Positions 54,333 to 63,907 of a stretch of DNA of 64,000 nt are shown piece by piece (within the stretch, counting starts at the first letter, position 1; every line of letters starts with the position of its first letter). The stretch lies in assembly GCA_963754315.1 (NCBI GenBank), contig CAVWFS010000007.1, forward strand, positions 448,001 to 512,000, given 5' to 3'. The position numbers and the translations under genes were made by a program. The notes under the pieces are model-generated. The model was given only the letters and a program-made list of their open reading frames with translations. It made no database searches and had not been told where the DNA came from. This stretch comes from an uncultured Candidatus Rokubacteria bacterium. Its GTDB lineage: Bacteria > Methylomirabilota > Methylomirabilia > Rokubacteriales > CSP1-6.

Positions 54333-54825
54333 TGGTCGGGGAAGGCGCGAGGTTGTAGTCGCGGAAGAGCCCATGCGCATACCAGAGAGCGGACGACCAC
54401 GCGAGCGGAGCCACGGCGCCACGTCCGAGCTCGCGCGCCGCCCATGCGAACAGCCCCAGAGGAAAAAGAATGCGCAGGTCGACGAGCCCACGCGTGGCGC
54501 TGGTGACGCGGGCGTCCAGTTCCGCCAGCCCTTGGCCGACAGCCACCGCTAGCGCCGAGGGCTTGGCTACCGCCGGCGCCTGGGGGCGGGCTTGCTCGAT
54601 ATCCAGATCTCCGAGGTGGTCCGTCACGATCTCGAGCACGGCCTCGCTCGAGGTCGCCTGAGTGTCGTAAAGCAGCAGGAGACTACGGGTGCGATGGTTC
54701 CATCGCCACGACAGGAACCCCCCCTGCCCTTCGAGAGCCTTCACGACTTCGCGCGGATCGGCAAGGTCGGGCAGACGGAGACGAAGGCGGCCAGGGATGC
54801 GGTGGAGAATCCGTGATGGTGCCAT
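54319..54825 (-). CDS. HMA2-domain membrane-associated protein (FezC-like architecture)
   Basis: HRIPGRLRL...TRSLL..YD, then ATRG.VDLR.L.P and LWYA. Confidence 0.75.
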   Translation of the reverse strand: MAPSRILHRIPGRLRLRLPDLADPREVVKALEGQGGFLSWRWNHRTRSLLLLYDTQATSSEAVLEIVTDHLGDLDIEQARPQAPAVAKPSALAVAVGQGLAELDARVTSATRGLVDLRILFPLGLFAWAARELGRGAVAPLAWSSALWYAHGLFRDYNLAPSPTNGDD

Positions 54826-54829
54826 GCCG

Positions 54830-55081
54830 CTACTCGGTGGCGACGCCAGCCTCGGCGGCGGCCGCGGCACTGGCCAGCACCTGCTCGCGCTTGGCTCGGG
54901 CCTCGGCCACGAGGTCCTCGATCGTCTCCATCTTTTCCGAGGTAACGCGGACGGCTTCCTCGTACAGGCCCATGCCGGCCGCGGTCAACTCGACCGCGAC
55001 GGGCCGGAAGACTCTTGCGATTGCGGGCAGGACGATGGCCGCGCCCAACCCCAGCAGGAATGACATCGGATGGATGCTCAA
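54830..55081 (-). CDS. Small DUF5132-like (FezA/PacL-like) membrane protein
   Basis: Hydrophobic FLLGLGAAIVLP, RPVA, G...YE, E.IEDLVAEARA; TTG (55081) or ATG (55066) start after GGAGGGG. Confidence 0.75.
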   Translation of the reverse strand: MSIHPMSFLLGLGAAIVLPAIARVFRPVAVELTAAGMGLYEEAVRVTSEKMETIEDLVAEARAKREQVLASAAAAAEAGVATE

Positions 55082-55218
55082 AAGTCCCCTCCCCGGAGCA
55101 CAGGGTGCGCGCTGTACGTGGTGGCTATCCGCTCGACGACCGTACACGCCTTCCCGGTCATTGGCAATTCTCACGCGTGTAGAGGGCCGCCCGCATGTCT
55201 CGGCGGCGAGACCCAATC

Positions 55219-55247
55219 GTTACGATTCCGTGACGACGTTGTCACAT
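55219..55247 (-). promoter_or_regulatory. Pho-box-like triple repeat upstream of the DUF5132-HMA2-P1B operon
   Basis: Minus strand ATGTGAC-N4-TCGTCAC-N4-TCGTAAC, exactly 11-bp periodic. Confidence 0.55.
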
Positions 55248-55469
55248 GTGCGCGATAGGTTCTGGGCGCCGGCGAAAGCCTCCTCATTCGGCGTCAACGA
55301 TCTTACGGCGACGTCGAGGCCCTCGTCCCAATCCCGGCCCGATCGAGGCCGAGATCTGGCTGCTTCCGAGGCCGCCTTCAGTCACCGCCCACCGCTGGCT
55401 GCCCGACGGCGCCCGGCGCGGTCCGAAGCTTCCGCCCCGGCGTCGCAGCGCGCCGATGACGTCGCGTCG

Positions 55470-56118
55470 AGAAACTCCCTGGCTGCGACGAACATGGAGG
55501 CCGAGACGCGATCCAGATGTTGGCGGATAAGCTCGGTGACGCTGACGAACCAGTGGCTGCCGGCCGGCGCTTCGTCCCGAATCTGAAGCCAGGGTCGCAG
55601 ACCAGTGGCGACCTTGACGCGCCCGAAGAGATCGGCGTCGGCGCCTGGTTCGCGGAGGCGACAGGCCCAGGACAACGACAGATTGGAAAGGAACGGTATG
55701 GGGTGGGCGGCATCGACGACTTGGGGGTAAGAGCGGGAGATACGTTCTGCTCGAAGAAGCGCGAGGCCTCCAGACGCTGACGCTCGGTGAGGTCGTTGCA
55801 GCCGAGGATGCGGACACCGTGTGCCTCCAGGGCTGGCATGAGCGAGGCCAGGCAAGCTCGTTGCTGCCCGATCAGGGGGACGATGACGCGGCGCAGATCT
55901 TCCATGAGTCGAGCGTGCGACCCGTTCGACTGCAGACGAAGGGTAGCGATGCGCTTCATGAAAAACTCATCCAGGTTCGACGTGAAGATGCCGAGAAACT
56001 TCAGGCGCTCCAGCAAAGGGGTGCGCTCGTCCTGGGCTTCCGCCAGGACGCGTCGATTGAATTCCAGCCAGCCAAGGTCACGGTCGAACCACAGCTCCTC
56101 GAGAGTCTTCGTCGACAT
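55470..56118 (-). pseudogene. ppk1: Polyphosphate kinase 1, N-terminal part only, frameshifted
   Basis: FDRDL.WLEFNRRVL.EA....PLLERLKFL.IF.SNLDEFFMKR; HPIPF.SNLS in another frame; no PLD catalytic domains. Confidence 0.85.
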
Positions 56119-56179
56119 GAACGTGCTCCTTCTCCGAAGAACGAGCTGCGACTGTTGCTCCCGAATCTACTGCGCAACT

Positions 56180-56197
56180 GTTACATCGCCGTTAAGG
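56180..56197 (-). promoter_or_regulatory. Pho-box-like repeat upstream of ppk1
   Basis: Minus strand CCTTAAC-N4-ATGTAAC, about 60 nt upstream of the ATG. Confidence 0.5.
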
Positions 56198-56499
56198 CCG
56201 AGTGCTGACTCCGGACGAAGTGAAAGACGGGGCACCGGCGCTGGAGGCGTGGGGTGCCAAGCCGTCGGGCGTGAAGACCGCGCAGGACGCCCTTTATCGT
56301 CGGGCCCGCTGCAATGGCGCGGCGAGCTGGGCCAGTACGCCGAGGAGATCGAGAAACAAGCCGGGGACGCAGCGGTGCTAGCCCACCGCCACTGGAGAGA
56401 CGACTGAGGCCCCGACGAAGACGCCCCAGAGATGAGAGGGAAAAAAGCGAGTAGGGCGAACCGACGTGAGCGGTTACCCGCGCGCGCCAGGTGGACGAG

Positions 56500-57321
56500 T
56501 CAGGGTCTGCCAACCTCGATGCGGGCCCTCCTCGGGGCTGTCGTAGAGGACGAGGCCCCTGCTCGTGCGGGACGAGCCGGGCCACGGGGATGAGCGTGCT
56601 TGGCATCTCGCCGGGGACGCGAATGCCCAATAGCCGTTTCATCAGCTGCAATACCGGCTGGTGGTGCCCCGGCTGCCGGGCGTCGTGCGGACGACTGGCC
56701 CGGGGCGAGCTTGAGAAAGGGAATCCACACGTCGCGGCAGTATCGGGCGAGACCACGTGCACCCGCCGCACCGACATAGGGATAGTTGATGAGCAGCCGC
56801 CCCGGTCGGCGTTCAAATCCGTCGATGCCGGCCGGGCCATATGGATATCCCGCCCTCCTGAGCAGCCCCACCCACCGCATTCCCCAGTCGTGGAGGCCGA
56901 CCTCATTGCGAAGGAACCGGGCTGGGACTTGACCTCGTCGGATCACACTCGCCCAATCGTAGTCCGGCCGGACAATTGATCCGAGCAGAATGACCCCTCG
57001 GAAGGCGACTGTGTGGGGTTGCTCCGCTAGCGCCCGAGCGACGAGGTGGGATCCCAGACTGTGGGCGATGACCACCGGAATCCCGTGCGCCTCCCGAATT
57101 TGCGCGTAGGCCAGGAGGAACTCCCGCACAAGACGGGTGGCTGCCTTACCCTCGGGCCGAAGGAGAGCGGCCCAGCCCGTCCAGCGCGAGTACCCGAAGC
57201 ACACGGGTGCCGCCTGGGCCTCGATAACGGCCGACCGACAATATGTGACCCAATTCTTCAGTGGGTCTCGCACGAGCGGCAGCCCGTGCACGAACATCAC
57301 CGCAGGCCGCTCGAATTCCAT
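56500..57321 (-). CDS. Alpha/beta-hydrolase-fold protein of unknown function
   Basis: VMFVHG, VIAHSLGS nucleophile elbow, ILLGS....YDW, G.AG..GF; the C-terminal tail may be read-through. Confidence 0.65.
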   Translation of the reverse strand: MEFERPAVMFVHGLPLVRDPLKNWVTYCRSAVIEAQAAPVCFGYSRWTGWAALLRPEGKAATRLVREFLLAYAQIREAHGIPVVIAHSLGSHLVARALAEQPHTVAFRGVILLGSIVRPDYDWASVIRRGQVPARFLRNEVGLHDWGMRWVGLLRRAGYPYGPAGIDGFERRPGRLLINYPYVGAAGARGLARYCRDVWIPFLKLAPGQSSARRPAAGAPPAGIAADETAIGHSRPRRDAKHAHPRGPARPARAGASSSTTAPRRARIEVGRP

Positions 57322-57363
57322 AAATCACACCTTCTCAGCGGCTCAGGGATCGCCCCGGCGTTG

Positions 57364-58053
57364 CTAGGCGGACTTCGCCGTCGGCCTCGCCCCAGACCGC
57401 TTCGATCGGGCTGCGCGAGCGAGTGGGCGACGTTCAGGCTGGGGGGATCGCGCCAGCGGGCGCCGCGAATTGCCACCGGCCGCTCCAACTTCTCCGAGAG
57501 CCGTCTTGACACCGGCGACGGTCCCGCTGACTGCCCCACGCAAGGTGCGGCCCGCCGTCGATCCGATGCGGTCGACGGCGTGGACGGTTTCCTCCACCGC
57601 GTTGACGGCCAACGAGCCGACCTCACCGCCAATCTCTCGGGTGGCATGGACGGTGGCGCTCGCCGTTCGCCGCGTCAAGGAGCCCACATCAGCCCCCACA
57701 TCCTCGACAACATCAATCGTCGCCGCCGCCGACTTCTGCAGCGCGTCGGAGAGCTGGCCCCCAATCTCTCGAACGGCCTTGAGTGAGCCCTGGACCGTGC
57801 CCTTGGCGAGTCCACCGAGGTCGCCGCCGATGTCGGCGGCGGCCTTCGTGGCGCCCCGAACCGTTGCGACGGCCAGCGAACCGAGACGCCCGCCCACGTC
57901 CTCGACAGTCTCCACGGCGGCCGTCAACGTGCTGTGGGCGAGGTGCACCGCGCCCACGGTCAGGGCCTCGGCCGCGCCCGTCACATCCCGCACTGCTCGG
58001 GTCATGGGTCCACCATCAAGCGCCGGCTTCACCGGCATGATCCTCTCTGCCAT
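57364..58053 (-). CDS. Ala/Gly-rich 22-residue tandem-repeat protein with a basic tail (paralogue B)
   Basis: TVEDVGGRLGSLAVATVRGATK / AAADIGGDLGGLAKGTVQGSLK / AVREIGGQLSDALQKSAAATID...; GGAGG RBS. Confidence 0.75.
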   Translation of the reverse strand: MAERIMPVKPALDGGPMTRAVRDVTGAAEALTVGAVHLAHSTLTAAVETVEDVGGRLGSLAVATVRGATKAAADIGGDLGGLAKGTVQGSLKAVREIGGQLSDALQKSAAATIDVVEDVGADVGSLTRRTASATVHATREIGGEVGSLAVNAVEETVHAVDRIGSTAGRTLRGAVSGTVAGVKTALGEVGAAGGNSRRPLARSPQPERRPLARAARSKRSGARPTAKSA

Positions 58054-58116
58054 CCTGTTCCTCCATAAGTACCTAAAGCATGCGAAACCTGGTTGTCGCT
58101 AGAACGCAACTTGTTC

Positions 58117-58147
58117 GTAACGTTACAACGATGTCACAGGGCGTCAA
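58117..58147 (-). promoter_or_regulatory. AT-rich promoter with 11-bp-spaced repeats and a palindrome
   Basis: Minus strand TTGACG...CTGTGAC-N4-TTGTAAC, overlapping palindrome GTAACGTTAC. Confidence 0.45.
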
Positions 58148-58347
58148 GTTAAGTTTTTCACGCCCTCCGACGACTAATGCCCCTTTGTGGATGGCGGGAT
58201 TAGATTGTAGAGAGCGTCCTATGAGGGTCATTCTGCAACCCCTCGAGCGTTCCGACACCGACCATCACTTCGCAGTCACCACGCCAGACGGTCTCGTGAA
58301 ACATAGCCTTGCCCATTTTCCCGAGGTCTACCCGTCGCTGGCCGTGA

Positions 58348-58986
58348 TCAGGCCGACGTCGTCGGCAGGAGGTGCTTGCGATCTCCGTGATCGAGGAGGA
58401 GCTGGGCCAGCTGTCTCCTGATCGTGGACAAGGCAAACGGCGCGACAGTCCCCCTCTTGTGCATACCCTGAATCACTGCCGAGGGTTCGAAGTAAGAGGG
58501 GGCGTTCTCCGGCGACAACACGAAGGGGGGCTGCCCGTCGCCCAGCAGGATGTAGCTCATCAGCAGGGCACCGGTCCGGTGATTGCCCTCGATGAAGAGC
58601 TGCGGCGCGCTCAGCATGCGCACGTAGGCGCCCGCCGCCCGGTTCCAGACCGACTCGTTCGCCTGGCCGGCGTGCCACTCGACCAAGTCCCGGATGCCAC
58701 CCTCGCGCTCCTCGTAGAAGCGGCGCTCGCTTGCCTCTCGATGTCGAGCGTACGCCTCCCTTTCGGCAGGATCGGTGCCGCAGAGCACGATGCTGTTCAG
58801 CTCGAGGAGACCTTTGTGGTTCCCCAGGGCAAATATGTCCGTGTCGGAAGCCTGCAGCGCGTCGACGAAAGCATAGCCGGCGATCATGTTCTCCACGACC
58901 TGGTCGCTCATCGGTTCCCGGTGGGCGCTGAGCCGCGTATTGATGGCGTCGAACTCCCCTTGCAGCCGGCGCAGCGACGCTTCCAC
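58348..58986 (-). CDS. Fic/Doc-fold protein with a degenerate motif
   Basis: PQLFIEGNHRTG versus canonical HPFxDGNGRxxR, followed by LLM.Y.L...G.PP. Confidence 0.7.
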   Translation of the reverse strand: MEASLRRLQGEFDAINTRLSAHREPMSDQVVENMIAGYAFVDALQASDTDIFALGNHKGLLELNSIVLCGTDPAEREAYARHREASERRFYEEREGGIRDLVEWHAGQANESVWNRAAGAYVRMLSAPQLFIEGNHRTGALLMSYILLGDGQPPFVLSPENAPSYFEPSAVIQGMHKRGTVAPFALSTIRRQLAQLLLDHGDRKHLLPTTSA

Positions 58987-59036
58987 GGCGGCCAGGTCAA
59001 CACGCCTGGAAGGCGCGCGTCCTGGGCGGGAGCCGA

Positions 59037-60098
59037 TCAGTGGATCTGCTCCAGCGCGGCGAGGGAAAGGGATGCGACCTCGCCGGGCAGCGGGATGTAA
59101 CCGAGAGGGCGGCTAAAGTTCTGGCCTTCGGTGAGGCCCCAGGCCACGAACTTCTTCAGAGCCGCCGCTTTGGCGGGGTCCTGGTAGCGATCGTAAAGGA
59201 GGAGCCAGCTGAACGACACGATGGGATAGGCGTCCTCGCCTTCGGGATCAGGCATGAACAGGCGCAGGTTGGCTGGCATCTGAGTGACGCTATGGGTCAG
59301 CGCCGTCTGTCCGCTCGTCTCGCCGGGGGCGATGAAACGCCCGGCGCGATTCTGCAGCTGGGCCATCGGAAGGCCCAGGCGCTTGGCGAAATGATATTCG
59401 ACATAGCCGATCGACCCCTCGCTCACCTTGATACGGCCGGCCACACCCTCGTTGCCCCGTGCCCGCATGGTATTGCCGGGCCAGCTCAGCACGGTGCCCA
59501 CCCCTGGTCCCTGATCGCGCCACTCCGCGCTGATCGCGCTCAGATGAGACGAGAACGCATAGGTCGTCCCGCTACCGTCCTGACGAACGACCAGCACGAT
59601 GCTCCGGCGGGGTGTGGCAAGGCCAGGGTTATCGGCGCGGATTTTCGGATCGTCCCACGTCTTGATGCGTCCTCTGAAGATGTCCGCGCAGACCGTGCGG
59701 CTGAGCCGAAGATCCCCCCCGAGGCCTGGCAGATTGTAGGCAAGCACGACCATTCCCGCCGTGACAGGCACCAGCTTCGCACCGGGCTTGACCTTGGCCA
59801 GCTGCTCGTCGTTCAGCGCGGCATCGCTGGCGCCAAAGTCGACCCCGTTGGCCAGGAATCGCTTCTGCCCCTCGCCGCTGCCCACTCCATCGTACGTGAT
59901 GGCGACGTCCGGGTTCTGCTGCCGAAAGGTCGCGATCCACTTCTCGTAGAGCGGCGCCGGGAAAGTGGCTCCGGCGCCGCGGACCACCACTTTGGCCCCC
60001 GGCGCCGAGGCTCCGCCGCGGTCTTGTCCGAAGGCTGGCAGCACCATGACCAGCGCGACTGCCGCCGCCAGCATGGCCTGTCTGGTCTGGTGACCCAC
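59037..60098 (-). CDS. pstS: Phosphate ABC transporter substrate-binding protein (second copy)
   Basis: GAGATFP, GSG.G, DFGASD, R.DGSGTT, YPI, GYIPLP. Confidence 0.95.
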   Translation of the reverse strand: MGHQTRQAMLAAAVALVMVLPAFGQDRGGASAPGAKVVVRGAGATFPAPLYEKWIATFRQQNPDVAITYDGVGSGEGQKRFLANGVDFGASDAALNDEQLAKVKPGAKLVPVTAGMVVLAYNLPGLGGDLRLSRTVCADIFRGRIKTWDDPKIRADNPGLATPRRSIVLVVRQDGSGTTYAFSSHLSAISAEWRDQGPGVGTVLSWPGNTMRARGNEGVAGRIKVSEGSIGYVEYHFAKRLGLPMAQLQNRAGRFIAPGETSGQTALTHSVTQMPANLRLFMPDPEGEDAYPIVSFSWLLLYDRYQDPAKAAALKKFVAWGLTEGQNFSRPLGYIPLPGEVASLSLAALEQIH

Positions 60099-60117
60099 GC
60101 CGTCCGTCTCCTGTCGC

Positions 60118-60951
60118 TCAGCTGAACTGCCCAGTGACGTACTCCTTGGTGAGCTGCTCGCGGGGGTTGTCGAACAGCTCCCGCGTGGGCCCGGACTCCA
60201 CGAGGTACCCTGTCCGACTGCCCTTGGAGATGTCGACCGAGAAGAAGGCCGTGATGTCCGCCACCCGTTGCGCCTGCTGCATGTTGTGGGTGACGATGGC
60301 GATCGTGTAGTTCTGTTTCAGCTGGACCATCAGCTCCTCGATGCGCCGGGTGGCAATCGGATCGAGCGCCGAGCACGGCTCGTCCATCAGGAGCACCGAA
60401 GGCTCGGTGGCCACCGCACGCGCGATGCACAGACGCTGCTGCTGCCCACCCGACAGCGATAACCCACTATTCTTGAGCTTGTCTTTGACCTCATCCCAGA
60501 GGGCAGCCTTCCGTAGCGCCTGCTCGACGCGCTCGGCGACGTTGCCGCGATAGCGGTTCAGACGGAGGCCGAAGGCGACGTTCTCGAAGATGCTCATGGA
60601 GAACGGGTTGGGTTGCTGGAACACCATACCGATGTACCGACGCACCGCCACCGGATCGACCCCCCGCCCGTAGACATCCTGACCGTGGAAGTCGACGCGG
60701 CCCTCGAAGCGGAAGCCAAGGATCAGGTCGTTCATCCGGTTGAGGCTGCGCAGGACCGTGCTCTTCCCGCATCCCGAGGGTCCGATAAAGCCCGTGATCT
60801 TGCCGCGTTCAATCTGCACGTGGCTATCGCGGACGGCCAGGAAGCTTCCGTAGTAGACCTGGCTCAGGTTGCAGTCGATCACCACGCCGGTCGTGGGCAT
60901 CCCCCTCTGCGGGGGCATGCTCGACCCGTTCGCATTCGCCACTGGTTTCAT
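60118..60951 (-). CDS. pstB: Phosphate ABC transporter ATP-binding protein
   Basis: [43 protein letters not shown]. Confidence 0.95.
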   Translation of the reverse strand: MKPVANANGSSMPPQRGMPTTGVVIDCNLSQVYYGSFLAVRDSHVQIERGKITGFIGPSGCGKSTVLRSLNRMNDLILGFRFEGRVDFHGQDVYGRGVDPVAVRRYIGMVFQQPNPFSMSIFENVAFGLRLNRYRGNVAERVEQALRKAALWDEVKDKLKNSGLSLSGGQQQRLCIARAVATEPSVLLMDEPCSALDPIATRRIEELMVQLKQNYTIAIVTHNMQQAQRVADITAFFSVDISKGSRTGYLVESGPTRELFDNPREQLTKEYVTGQFS

Positions 60952-60965
60952 CCGTTTCCTCCCAC

Positions 60966-61874
60966 TCAGACTCGTCGTTGACCGATCAGTCGGCTGACGA
61001 TATTGATGACAAGGACCAGGAGGACCAGCACGAGCGAGGCCGCCCAGGCCAGCTCAATCTGGTTCTCGAACGGCATTCCAGAAAAGTTATAGATGAGCAC
61101 AGCCAGTGAGGCGGTGGGCTGCATGAGTTGCGGGCGTCCCGCCTCGAAGAGCCAGTAGTTGCTGAAGAGCGCGGTGAATAGAAGAGGAGCCGTCTCCCCC
61201 GCCGCGCGCGCCACGGCCAGCATGACCCCGGTCAGGATGCCCGGCATGGCGGTAGGGAGCACGACCTTCCAGATCACCTGGCTTCGGGTGCATCCCATTC
61301 CGTACGCCGCATCCTTCGTGATCCGGGGCACGGTCTTGAGGGCTTCCTCCGCTGTCAGCACCACCGTGGGAAGCATGAGGACGGCCAGCGCTAGTCCCCC
61401 CGCCGGTGCCGAATACGACCCGGTCAGCAGCACGACTGCCGCGTACGCAAACACCCCGGCCAGGATTGAAGGCAGTCCCGTGAGCGTCTTCGCCGCGAAG
61501 CGCGCCGTCTGCGCGAGCCGGCTGTTCGGGCCCAGTTCGGCCAGGAACACCGCCGCCAGAATGCCGACCGGAATGCTCAGGAGGCCGCCGATCCCGACCA
61601 TCACCAAGGTTCCCACGATTGCGTTGCCGAAGCCGCCCCCCATTTCGAACCCGGCCGGTGGGAGCTCGGTGAAGACCGACCAGTGCAATCGCGACCCACC
61701 GCGAACGATGAGCATGTAGAGGACTGACACCAGCGGTATGGCGGCGATCATCGCGGCCGCCCACGCGCCGCCAGTCAGGAGGAGGCTCTTCAGGGCTCGT
61801 GGGTCAAAGGCCGACCGTTGCAGACTCGGTAGATCGAGCGTGGTGGTGGTGGACACCGTGCCGGGTTCGTTCAC
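60966..61874 (-). CDS. pstA: Phosphate ABC transporter permease
   Basis: [25 protein letters not shown] overlap start at 61874. Confidence 0.95.
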   Translation of the reverse strand: MNEPGTVSTTTTLDLPSLQRSAFDPRALKSLLLTGGAWAAAMIAAIPLVSVLYMLIVRGGSRLHWSVFTELPPAGFEMGGGFGNAIVGTLVMVGIGGLLSIPVGILAAVFLAELGPNSRLAQTARFAAKTLTGLPSILAGVFAYAAVVLLTGSYSAPAGGLALAVLMLPTVVLTAEEALKTVPRITKDAAYGMGCTRSQVIWKVVLPTAMPGILTGVMLAVARAAGETAPLLFTALFSNYWLFEAGRPQLMQPTASLAVLIYNFSGMPFENQIELAWAASLVLVLLVLVINIVSRLIGQRRV

Positions 61875-62872
61875 CGCTTGCTCGACTCCTTGGAGGCCAA
61901 GGCCATGATGGTGCCGCCGATCACGTTGACCAGGAGCGTGATGGCGAGAAGCACGAGCGCAGCATACATCAGCACCTGTACCTGCCGCGGTCCGGCCTCC
62001 GGGAAGTTCAGTGCCAGCAGCGCGGCCAGGGTGTTGGCGGGCGCGAACAGCGACAAGGTCATCTGGTTGGAGTTGCCAATCAGCATGGCGAGGGCCATGG
62101 TTTCGCCGAGGGCCCGACCGAAGCCAAGGACGAGGGCGCCGAAGATTCCCGTCGAGGCGGCGGGCACCATCACCCGAAGAATGGCTTCCCACCGCGTCGT
62201 CCCCATGCCGTAGGCGGCCTCCTTGATCTTATAGGGAACGAGCCGGAGGGCGTCCTGGGATACGGCCGCCACCGTTGGCAACACCATGATGGCGAGGACG
62301 AGAGCCGCAGGGGCGAGGCCGGGTCCACTGAGGGTCGTGCTGAAGAACGGAATCCAGCTCAGGTGTCCATACAACCAATCCGCGCCCGGGCGCAGGGCCG
62401 GCACCACCACGAACAGGCCCCAGAGGCCATACACCACGCTCGGAATGGCGGCAAGCAGCTCCACGATCGTCCGGAAGATTTGGGCGAGCCGCGGCGGAAG
62501 GAAATCCTGGGTGAGAAAGATGGCCATGACCACACCGAAAAATCCACCAACGAGCAGCGCCAGGAAGGAGCTATAGAGGGTGCCCCAGATCTCTGGCAGG
62601 AAGCCATAGCGATTCGCGTTCGTATCCCACGTGGTGGACGTGAGCGGGCTCAGACCGTGTTCCCGGATTCCGGGCCACGCCTTCCCGCCAATCTCCCACA
62701 GGATGAAGACCAACAGGAGAAGCACGAGCCATACGCCGGCTTGGGCCACGCCCCGGAATGCGCGATCGGCGACGTAGTCCCAGGTCGACGGTGGCCCCGA
62801 TACCGAGCCGGACCGAGCGAGCTCTTCGAGCGGACCCGCCCGTTCGGCGGGCGTGGTAAGCCGGGTTGCCAT
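61871..62872 (-). CDS. pstC: Phosphate ABC transporter permease
   Basis: ELLAAIPSVVYGLWG, GRALGETMA. Confidence 0.95.
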   Translation of the reverse strand: MATRLTTPAERAGPLEELARSGSVSGPPSTWDYVADRAFRGVAQAGVWLVLLLLVFILWEIGGKAWPGIREHGLSPLTSTTWDTNANRYGFLPEIWGTLYSSFLALLVGGFFGVVMAIFLTQDFLPPRLAQIFRTIVELLAAIPSVVYGLWGLFVVVPALRPGADWLYGHLSWIPFFSTTLSGPGLAPAALVLAIMVLPTVAAVSQDALRLVPYKIKEAAYGMGTTRWEAILRVMVPAASTGIFGALVLGFGRALGETMALAMLIGNSNQMTLSLFAPANTLAALLALNFPEAGPRQVQVLMYAALVLLAITLLVNVIGGTIMALASKESSKR

Positions 62873-63907
62873 CTACTGGATGGTGCTCGAGGCCTTGCGG
62901 ACGGCGCCGACCACGTTCGCCGGAAGGGGGATGTAGCCCATCGCCTCGCTCATCTTCTGACCCTCCGTCAGACAGTAATCAACCAGCTCGCGAAGGGCGG
63001 CGGCCTTCTTGGGGTCCTTGTTGTCCTTGTAGAACAGCATCCAGGTGTAGGTCGCGATGGGATAGGATTTGGCCCCCTCGGGATCCGTGATCCACGCGCG
63101 CAGATCGTCGGGCAGCTTCACGCTGGCGAGGGCCTCGGCCCCGCCGTGGCCGCCGGGGGCTACGTACTCGCCGGCCTTGTTCTGCAGGAGCGCTATCTCG
63201 ATCTTCGAGAACTTGGCAAAGGCATACTCGATGTAGCCGATGGAACCTGGTGTCTGCTTGATGGTGGCGGTCACCCCGTCGTTTTTGGGCGCGGCCACGA
63301 ACTTGTCGCTCTTGGCCCAGTTGACGGTGGTGCCGGTTCCTGGGCCCTTCTTCCACTCCTCGCTGATGGCGCTGAGATGCTGGGTGAACACGAATGTCGT
63401 GCCGCTGGCGTCGGCCCGCCGCACCACCGTGATGTCGCTGTCGGGCAGGGTCATGTTCGGGTTGGCCGCCTTCAGCTTGGGGTCGCTCCACTTCGTGATC
63501 TTGCCGAGGAAGATGCCCACGTACACGTCACGGGGAAGCTTGAGGCCCTTTGGGTTGCCGGGTATGTTGTAGCCGAGGACGATTTCCCCGGCTGTCATGG
63601 GCAACAGCTGCACGCCCCCCGGCACCTTTGCGATATCGGCATCGGACATGGCTGCGTCGCTGGCGGCAAAGTCCACCGTACGGTTGACGAAATCCTGGAT
63701 ACCCGCGCCGCTACCCTTGGCCTGATAGTCGACGGTGATGCTCTTGTGCTTCGTGCTGAACGCCTTGAACCACGCCGAGTAGATGGGAAACGGGAAGCTC
63801 GCCCCCGACCCGGTGAGGCGCATCCGGTCTTGGGCGCCGGTGGGACTAGTGATCAAGACGGTCAGCAGCAACGACAGGGTAGCCAATGCAATCGACCGAT
63901 GCTTCAC
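62873..63907 (-). CDS. pstS: Phosphate ABC transporter substrate-binding protein
   Basis: GSGASFP, GSGAG, DFAASD, RADASGTT, YPI; GGAGG RBS with GTG start. Confidence 0.95.
   Translation of the reverse strand: MKHRSIALATLSLLLTVLITSPTGAQDRMRLTGSGASFPFPIYSAWFKAFSTKHKSITVDYQAKGSGAGIQDFVNRTVDFAASDAAMSDADIAKVPGGVQLLPMTAGEIVLGYNIPGNPKGLKLPRDVYVGIFLGKITKWSDPKLKAANPNMTLPDSDITVVRRADASGTTFVFTQHLSAISEEWKKGPGTGTTVNWAKSDKFVAAPKNDGVTATIKQTPGSIGYIEYAFAKFSKIEIALLQNKAGEYVAPGGHGGAEALASVKLPDDLRAWITDPEGAKSYPIATYTWMLFYKDNKDPKKAAALRELVDYCLTEGQKMSEAMGYIPLPANVVGAVRKASSTIQ

Noticed and set aside
52194..55081. Canonical ferrosome fezABC
   Set aside because: The ATPase lacks the DYSCA and HN motifs of FezB; kept only as an analogy.
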